Of a stretch of DNA of 13,384 nucleotides, positions 1-6,288 are shown in pieces. The DNA is from Chthoniobacteraceae bacterium (GTDB lineage Bacteria; Verrucomicrobiota; Verrucomicrobiia; Chthoniobacterales; Chthoniobacteraceae). Made by a program: the position numbers and the translations under genes. The stretch's first letter is position 1; each line of letters starts with the position of its first letter. The notes below the pieces were generated by a model. The model was not told the DNA's origin, made no database searches, and saw nothing but the letters and a program-made list of their open reading frames with translations. Location: assembly GCA_031409335.1 (NCBI GenBank), contig JANNWY010000312.1, positions 1 through 13,384 on the forward strand, read 5' to 3'.

Positions 1-13
1 CCCGGGCCGAATT

Positions 14-988
14 CTATCCCACTTCCGCAAGGATGCCGCGCAGCACGGTCGCGCCATTGACACCTTCCGCGAGCGCCTCGTAAGTGAGCCGCATCCGGTG
101 CAGCAGCACGTCTTCCGCGAGCGCGTAAAGATCGTCGGGAATGGCGTGATCGCGTCCATGAATGAAAGCGCGCGCGCGGGCCGCGAGCGTGAGCGCGATG
201 CCGGCGCGCGGGCTCGCGCCGAGCTCGACAAATTTATTTCGCCGCGTGCGCCGCACGAGTTCGATCGCGTGTTTGGTGAAAACCTCGCTGACATAGACTT
301 CCTGCGCGGCAGCCATCGCGCCGACGAGTTCCTCCACGCTCGCGACCGGCGGCTGATCCAAAAGGTCGAACGAACTCTTCGGCACCGCGCCCTTCGCCTC
401 CCGACGCAACCCCAGGGCCAGATTGCGCCGCACGATTTCCTCCTCCTCCGACGCGCTCGGATAGTGCAGGCGATGGCAAAGGAGAAAGCGATCGAGCTGC
501 GCCTCCGGCAGCTCGAAGGTGCCGCTCTGCTCGATCGGATTCTGCGTGGCGATGACGAGGAAAGGCGCGGGCAGCGCCATCGTGCGATTGCCGATCGTGA
601 CGCGGCGTTCCTGCATCGCTTCGAGCAGCGCGCTCTGCACTTTTGGCGCGGCGCGATTGATCTCATCCGCGAGCAGGAGGTTCGTGAAAACCGGGCCTTG
701 ATGCGTGCGAAATTCGCCCTTCGCCTGGTCGAGAATTTCCGAGCCGATGATGTCGGAAGGCAGCAGATCGATTGTGAATTGCACGCGGCTGAACTGCATG
801 TCGATCGCGCGCGCCATGCAATTGACGAGCAGCGTTTTCGCCAGCCCCGGCATTCCCTGCAAAAGCAAATGCCCGCCCGTGAAAAGCGCGATCAGCAACC
901 GCTCGACCACCGCATCCTGCCCGACGACCACCTGCGCCACGCGCTCGCGCACCGCATCGACAAAACGAACCGAGGAGAGAGTGCTCAT
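14..988 (-). CDS. moxR: MoxR-family AAA+ ATPase (MoxR proper type), 324 aa
   Basis: Walker A GMPGLAKT, RVQFTIDLLPSDIIG, GPVF and Walker B LLADEINRAAPKVQSALLEAMQE, ATQNPIEQSGTFELPEAQLDRF, lid motif GASPRAGIAL. Usual DUF58/VWA partners would lie left of the window. Confidence 0.95.
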   Translation of the reverse strand: MSTLSSVRFVDAVRERVAQVVVGQDAVVERLLIALFTGGHLLLQGMPGLAKTLLVNCMARAIDMQFSRVQFTIDLLPSDIIGSEILDQAKGEFRTHQGPVFTNLLLADEINRAAPKVQSALLEAMQERRVTIGNRTMALPAPFLVIATQNPIEQSGTFELPEAQLDRFLLCHRLHYPSASEEEEIVRRNLALGLRREAKGAVPKSSFDLLDQPPVASVEELVGAMAAAQEVYVSEVFTKHAIELVRRTRRNKFVELGASPRAGIALTLAARARAFIHGRDHAIPDDLYALAEDVLLHRMRLTYEALAEGVNGATVLRGILAEVG

Positions 989-997
989 GGGCGGGGG

Positions 998-1026
998 AAG
1001 TTGCCGGACGCGGCAGAGCGCGGCAA
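998..1026 (-). promoter_or_regulatory. Putative sigma70-like promoter of moxR
   Basis: Minus strand TTGCCG-N17-CAACTT, ending 9 nt before the ATG at 988; no Shine-Dalgarno. Confidence 0.45.
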
Positions 1027-1059
1027 GCTTGAACGCTGCGAGATTCGGTGCCGGCGGAG

Positions 1060-1088
1060 TTGCAGTTTGACTCTGTGGCGATCAGCCT
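1060..1088 (+). promoter_or_regulatory. Putative sigma70-like promoter of the hydrolase gene
   Basis: TTGCAG-N17-CAGCCT, ending 10 nt before the ATG at 1099. Confidence 0.4.
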
Positions 1089-1098
1089 CCTCACACCC

Positions 1099-1998
1099 AT
1101 GCACACCATGACACGTCTGCTCCTGTTTCTATCCGCCTTCATGCTCCTCGCGCCGGTGCGTGCCGTAGTACCACCGCCCGATATCACGCGAACAGAGGAC
1201 GTGATCTACGGTCGCAAGTTCGGCGTTGCGCTGACGCTTGATGTTTTCCAGCCAACGAAAAGCGCGAATGGTCATGGCATCGTCTTTATGGTCAGCGGCG
1301 GCTGGCATTCCGCGCACGAGGCGATCAATGCTGGTTTCTACAAAGCCTTCCTCGATCGGGGCTACACCGTCTTTGCCGTAGTGCATGGCTCGCAGCCAAA
1401 ATTCAACATCACGGAAATCGTGCCGGACATTCATCGCGCGGTGCGTTTCATCCGCTACAACGCGCGGGGGTGGGGCGTGAATCCCGATCATCTCGGCATC
1501 TGCGGCGCGAGTGCGGGCGGGCATCTTTCGCTGACGATGGGCACGCAGGGCGGGCCGGGAAAACCGGACGCGAAGGACCCGATCGACCGCGAGAGCAGCG
1601 CGGTGCAGGCAGTCGCGTGTTTCTTTCCGCCGACGGATTTTCTGAACTATGGGACACCCGGCGAGGACGCGGTAGGTGTCGGTGTTTTGAAGGATTTCAA
1701 AGTCGCCTTCGGTCCGCGCTCGGATACGGCGGAAGGCCGACAGCTGCTCGGCAAGGAAGTTTCACCGATCTATTTCATCACGGCACATCTGCCTCCGACG
1801 CTCATCGTTCACGGCGATGCGGACAAGCTCGTGCCGGTGCAGCAGGCGGAGAGTTTCGTCGCCCGCGCGACGGAGGCGGGAGCGAAGGCGAAGCTCATCG
1901 TGAAACCCGGCGCGGCGCACGGCTGGGCGGGGATGGAGACGGATTTGATCGCGCTCACCGACTGGTTCGACGAGCACCTGCGCGACGTGAAAAAGTAA
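1099..1998 (+). CDS. Secreted alpha/beta hydrolase (esterase/lipase, BD-FAE/family IV-like)
   Basis: Signal peptide (RLLLFLSAFMLLAPVRA), nucleophile elbow GASAGGHL, catalytic Asp in HGDADKLVP, His in AAHGW, DIHRAVRFIR helix. Start is ATG 1099 or 1108 rather than GTG 1048. Confidence 0.92.
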   Translation: MHTMTRLLLFLSAFMLLAPVRAVVPPPDITRTEDVIYGRKFGVALTLDVFQPTKSANGHGIVFMVSGGWHSAHEAINAGFYKAFLDRGYTVFAVVHGSQPKFNITEIVPDIHRAVRFIRYNARGWGVNPDHLGICGASAGGHLSLTMGTQGGPGKPDAKDPIDRESSAVQAVACFFPPTDFLNYGTPGEDAVGVGVLKDFKVAFGPRSDTAEGRQLLGKEVSPIYFITAHLPPTLIVHGDADKLVPVQQAESFVARATEAGAKAKLIVKPGAAHGWAGMETDLIALTDWFDEHLRDVKK

Positions 1999-2001
1999 GC
2001 G

Positions 2002-3144
2002 TCAGGCTGCCGCCGGTTCCGGCGCGACGATCTCGCCGAGGCGCGTTTTCAACTGCTCCAAACCTTCACCGCTGTTTGCGCTGACCTGGAAAATCTCGGT
2101 CGTCTTGTAGCGCCGCTTGAACGCCTTCAGTTTCTCCTTCGCCTCGGGCAAATCCATTTTGTTTGCCACCACGACCCACGGCCTTTCGCTCAGCTTTGGA
2201 TCGTAAAGATCGAGTTCCTTCCGCAGCGTCTGCAAGTCGGCGAGCGGCTCGCGGCCTTCGCTCCCGGCCATGTCGAGCACGAAGACGAGCAGCTTGCAGC
2301 GCACGATGTGGCGCAGGAAATCGTGGCCGAGCCCGACGTTTTCATGCGCGCCTTCGATGAGTCCGGGAATGTCCGCGACGGTGATGCGGCGGTAGCCCGG
2401 CAGCTCGACCACGCCGATGTGCGGCGTGAGCGTGGTGAAGGGATATGGCGCGACTTTCGGATGCGCGTGCGAGATGCGCGTGAGCAGCGTGGATTTTCCG
2501 GCGTTCGGATAGCCGACGAGTCCGGCGTCCGCGATCTTGCGGAGTTCGAGGTAAAAGTAGCCGCGCTCCCCTTCCTCGCCTTCGGTGAACTGCGTTGGCA
2601 CGCGGTTGCGCGAGCTTTTGAAATGAATGTTGCCGATGCCGCCCTTGCCACCCTGGCACAGCACGAATCGCTGCCCCGGCTGCGTGAGATCGACGACCAT
2701 TTCGAGGTCATCGGGATTGATCGCGGCGGTCTTTTGTTTCGTCGGCCGGTCGCGCGCTTCGGGTTCGGGCGATTTGGAAAAGTCGATGTAGGTCGAGTTC
2801 GTGCCGTATTCGATGGATGGGTCGAGCGAGTAATCCGGCTCTTCTCCGGGGATGCGATAGACGATCGTCCCGACCGGTACTTTCACGATTTTATCCGGCG
2901 CGGTTTTTCCCGAGCACTGCCGCCCGCCGCCCTGCTGGCCGTTCTTCGCCTTCACTTTCGGTTCGTAGAAAAACGGCGTGAGATTGTCCGAATGCACATC
3001 CGCCTCCAGCACGATGCTGCCGCCGCCGCCGCCATCGCCGCCATCCGGCCCGCCCTTTGGCACAAAGGATTCGCGGCGGAACGAGACGCACCCGTGCCCT
3101 CCGTCGCCGGCTGAGGCAAAGATGCGGATGTGGTCGATAAACAT
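2002..3144 (-). CDS. obgE: GTPase Obg/CgtA, 380 aa
   Basis: Real start MFIDHIRIFASAGDGGHG at ATG 3144; the ORF-track extension to 3756 is spurious. Gly-rich Obg fold (FRRESFVPKGGPDGGDGG), G1 GYPNAGKS, G2 YPFTT, G3 DIPG, G4 NKMD, G5 VSA. Confidence 0.97.
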   Translation of the reverse strand: MFIDHIRIFASAGDGGHGCVSFRRESFVPKGGPDGGDGGGGGSIVLEADVHSDNLTPFFYEPKVKAKNGQQGGGRQCSGKTAPDKIVKVPVGTIVYRIPGEEPDYSLDPSIEYGTNSTYIDFSKSPEPEARDRPTKQKTAAINPDDLEMVVDLTQPGQRFVLCQGGKGGIGNIHFKSSRNRVPTQFTEGEEGERGYFYLELRKIADAGLVGYPNAGKSTLLTRISHAHPKVAPYPFTTLTPHIGVVELPGYRRITVADIPGLIEGAHENVGLGHDFLRHIVRCKLLVFVLDMAGSEGREPLADLQTLRKELDLYDPKLSERPWVVVANKMDLPEAKEKLKAFKRRYKTTEIFQVSANSGEGLEQLKTRLGEIVAPEPAAA

Positions 3145-3152
3145 GTCCGCGG

Positions 3153-3181
3153 ACTTTCCGCGAGGGTTCGGCGCGTGTCGA
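3153..3181 (-). promoter_or_regulatory. Putative sigma70-like promoter of obg
   Basis: Minus strand TCGACA-N17-GAAAGT, ending 8 nt before the ATG at 3144. Confidence 0.5.
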
Positions 3182-3267
3182 GGGCGGATGCCAGCAGTGG
3201 TCCGCAGCCTAATAACTTTTGGAAGTCGCGATCTAACTTCGCTACACGCCCCGCCTCCTTTCAAACT

Positions 3268-5583
3268 ATGCGATCCATCCAAGCCTTGCTCATCCCGGCC
3301 CTGCTCACGTTTACGACCCTGCCTGCCCTCGCGGCCAAGTGGGACGAGATGGATTACGGGCGGTTCCTCTCGGCGACGTTCACGAACTCCGAGGGAAAAA
3401 CCACGCTCGACGGCAAGGGCTGCGCGACGAACAAAGGCGTGGCCGTGAAGCTTGGCAGCGATGCGCGGGCGGCGATGCTTTTCGATACGGAGTGTGTGCG
3501 CATGGCTGGCGGCTGGACGGGCGGATGGCTGAAATTGAACGGCGTGATTTTTGACGGAGGCCACGGTCCGAATCCCGGCCCGGTGGAAAAGGCGGACGTC
3601 TTCTTTCAGACGAATCCCGGCCCGGTTTGGAGCAAGGGCGGCGATTTCACCGATCCGCGCAAACTGCCCACCGGCCCCGGCGCGGCGAAGGTTCCGTTCG
3701 GCCCCATCCCGCGCGAGTGGGCGAAATACCGCGGGCTGCATCTGCACGGCGATCATGTCGTCTTCGAGTATTCCGTGGGCGATGCGGTGCTGTTGGAAAT
3801 GCCGGACATCGAGAAGGTCGGTGATGCGGAAGTGCTAACTCGCACGTTTTATGTGCTGCAGAATGGCGCGGCGTCGAATCTGATTCTTGCGGAGACGACC
3901 ATCGGTGTTCGCGATGGCGTTGCCACGATTCCGGCCGGTGGCGGAAGTGCCGTGGCGATTGCTGCGAAAGACGCGCCGAAAGGGGCGGAGATCGTGGCTG
4001 ATGGCGCGCGCGCCGTGCTCAAGTTGCCGGCGTTTGCCGCAGGTCAGTCTTTCAAAATCGCGTACGCAAATCTGTCGGCTGTGGCCAAGGGCGTCTCGGC
4101 CCCCGCGGACTTGCGCGAGTTTACGAAGGGCGGACCCGCGCGCTGGACTGAAACACTCGCTACGAAAGGCACGGTCGCGAAGGTCGCGGACAAGCAGCCT
4201 TACGTCCTCGATACGATTGGCGTGCCGTTTGAGAATCCGTGGAAGTCGTGGATGCGCATCGGCGCGCTCGATTTCTTCGCGGATGGTCGCGCGGCGGTTT
4301 CGACGTGGAGCGGCGATGTGTGGATCGTGAGCGGGATCGACGAGAAGCTGGAGAACGTGGCGTGGAAGCGTTGCGCGACCGGACTCTTCCAGCCGCTCGG
4401 GCTGAAGATCGTGAACGATGAAATCCTCGTGATGGGTCGCGATCAGATCACGAAACTTCACGACAAGAACAACGACGGCGAGGCGGACTGGTATGAGAAC
4501 TTCAACAACGACGTGCAAGTGACGCCGGGCTTTCACGAGTTTGCGTTCGATTTGCAGACCGATCTGGAGGGTAATCTTTACTTCACCAAAGGTGGCCCGG
4601 TGATGCCGGGGGGCAACGGCTGGGGACCGTTGAGCGATCACAGCGGATGCGTCTTCAAGGTATCCAAGGATGGCAGGAAGTTTGAAGTGTTCGCGACCGG
4701 TATGCGCGCGCCGAATGGCATGGGCGTGGGGCCAAATGGCGAAGTCTCCACCGGCGACAATCAAGGGACCTGGGTGCCAGTGGATTACATTCACTTCGCC
4801 AAACAGGGCGACTTTATCGGCGTGCCCGATCTCTCGCACCGAGTCCCGCCGCCGACCACCTACGACCCACACCTATGCTGGATCCCTTACAACTGGGATA
4901 ACTCATGTGGTGGCCACGTGTGGGTCACGAGCGACAAATGGGGACCATTTCAGAACCGGATGCTCTATCTCTCCTACGGAAAATGCACGCTGTCCGGTGT
5001 GTTGCAGGAGCGCGTGGGCGACGTGCCGCAGGGCGGGCTCTTTAAGTTCCCGTTCAAGTTCGACAGCGGTGCGATGCGTCCGCGTTTCCACCCGATCGAC
5101 GGCCAGCTCTATGTCACCGGGCTCAAGGGCTGGCAATCCGACGGTGCGAAAGACGCCTGCTTTCAGCGCGTGCGCTACACTGGCGAAACGGTGTGCATGC
5201 CACAGGATCTGCACGTCACCGACCGGGGCATCACGATTGGTTTCACGAGCCCGCTCGACACAGCCTCCGCTGCCGACGTGGAGAATTACTCGATCGAACA
5301 ATGGAACTACCGCTGGACGCAAAGTTATGGCTCCGGCGAATACAAAGTCAGCGACCCACAGGAGAAGGGTCACGACCCGGTCACGATTAAATCGGTCGCG
5401 GTTTCCACGGATGAGAAAAGCGTGACGCTGGTGATCGACGGGCTGAAGCCGGTGATGCAGATGAAAATCACGCTGAATATCAAATCCGCCAATGGCTCAC
5501 CGGTGCCAAAAGAGATCGCACACACCATCAACGTCGTGCCGCCGGACAATGCTCGTGGCAAGACCTATATCTCCGCAAAATAA
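3268..5583 (+). CDS. Secreted DUF6797-like protein with a glucose/sorbosone dehydrogenase-like beta-propeller, 771 aa
   Basis: Signal peptide MRSIQALLIPALLTFTTLPALA; N-terminal MDYGRFLS...NKGVAVKLG...FDTECVRMAGGW; propeller motifs FFADGRAAVSTWSGDVW, ATGLFQPLGL, DKNNDGEADWYENF, ATGMRAPNG, DNQGTW; C-terminal WNYRWTQSYGS domain. Family name from recognition only. Confidence 0.8.
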   Translation: MRSIQALLIPALLTFTTLPALAAKWDEMDYGRFLSATFTNSEGKTTLDGKGCATNKGVAVKLGSDARAAMLFDTECVRMAGGWTGGWLKLNGVIFDGGHGPNPGPVEKADVFFQTNPGPVWSKGGDFTDPRKLPTGPGAAKVPFGPIPREWAKYRGLHLHGDHVVFEYSVGDAVLLEMPDIEKVGDAEVLTRTFYVLQNGAASNLILAETTIGVRDGVATIPAGGGSAVAIAAKDAPKGAEIVADGARAVLKLPAFAAGQSFKIAYANLSAVAKGVSAPADLREFTKGGPARWTETLATKGTVAKVADKQPYVLDTIGVPFENPWKSWMRIGALDFFADGRAAVSTWSGDVWIVSGIDEKLENVAWKRCATGLFQPLGLKIVNDEILVMGRDQITKLHDKNNDGEADWYENFNNDVQVTPGFHEFAFDLQTDLEGNLYFTKGGPVMPGGNGWGPLSDHSGCVFKVSKDGRKFEVFATGMRAPNGMGVGPNGEVSTGDNQGTWVPVDYIHFAKQGDFIGVPDLSHRVPPPTTYDPHLCWIPYNWDNSCGGHVWVTSDKWGPFQNRMLYLSYGKCTLSGVLQERVGDVPQGGLFKFPFKFDSGAMRPRFHPIDGQLYVTGLKGWQSDGAKDACFQRVRYTGETVCMPQDLHVTDRGITIGFTSPLDTASAADVENYSIEQWNYRWTQSYGSGEYKVSDPQEKGHDPVTIKSVAVSTDEKSVTLVIDGLKPVMQMKITLNIKSANGSPVPKEIAHTINVVPPDNARGKTYISAK

Positions 5584-5635
5584 GCAAACGCGTTTTTTTT
5601 GCATCCAGTCCTGAGCAGACGACGCATTACCACCC

Positions 5636-6085
5636 ATGAAAATCCACACAATCATCCCTGCGGTCCTCGCCGGCCTCACCACCGCCCTTTCCGCAGCCAC
5701 ACCGGAACAAGAGAAAGCGTTCGTGGACAGCTACAAGAAAGCCTTCGAAGCAAAGGACACGAAGGCGCTCGACGCTTTCCTGCTTACTGACGGCGCGGCC
5801 CCGGATACGATCGAGTTTTTCAAGATGATGCAAAACTCCGACGCCGGTGGAAAAATCTCCAGCATCGAACTGGTGACGCCATCAAAAGAGGAGTTGGCGA
5901 AGTACTCGAAGCCCATGGAGATGGCTCCAGGGAAGAAGTATAAGATGCCGATTCAGCCGACCAAACAACTAGTCATCGTCATCGAAAAGAAGGATGGCGA
6001 CAATGTGAGCAAGGTCACCACGAAGAAGCCCGTGGCCGAGAAAAACGGCAAGCTGGTGATCCCGGTTCCGGTGCCTGCCAAGTAG
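5636..6085 (+). CDS. Secreted Lys-rich hypothetical protein, 149 aa
   Basis: ATG start, signal peptide MKIHTIIPAVLAGLTTALSA, normal protein composition, fills the space after the DUF6797-like gene. Confidence 0.85.
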   Translation: MKIHTIIPAVLAGLTTALSAATPEQEKAFVDSYKKAFEAKDTKALDAFLLTDGAAPDTIEFFKMMQNSDAGGKISSIELVTPSKEELAKYSKPMEMAPGKKYKMPIQPTKQLVIVIEKKDGDNVSKVTTKKPVAEKNGKLVIPVPVPAK

Positions 6086-6288
6086 CCCGCCGCGACCGCT
6101 CCAACTCGGGATGCGATCGGACGATGCTCGGAGAGGGCAGTGGCCACGAAAAGGTGCAGAGCGCGCACGCTGCCCGGGGCACCGTCACTCCCGTGCGATG
6201 GCAGCATTCACAGGATGCGTGAAAGTGCGGCCTGCGGCGAAGGCGTCCCTTTCGAGATTTCGCGGTCATGCCTGGTGGCTGCGATGCG

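Noticed and set aside
2705..2855. Intein in Obg
   Set aside because: Too short, and lacks the Cys/Ser start and His-Asn end
3145..3756. 204-aa N-terminal extension of Obg in the ORF track
   Set aside because: It is the antisense shadow of the DUF6797-like gene; the canonical Obg start (MFID) and a candidate promoter lie at 3144-3181
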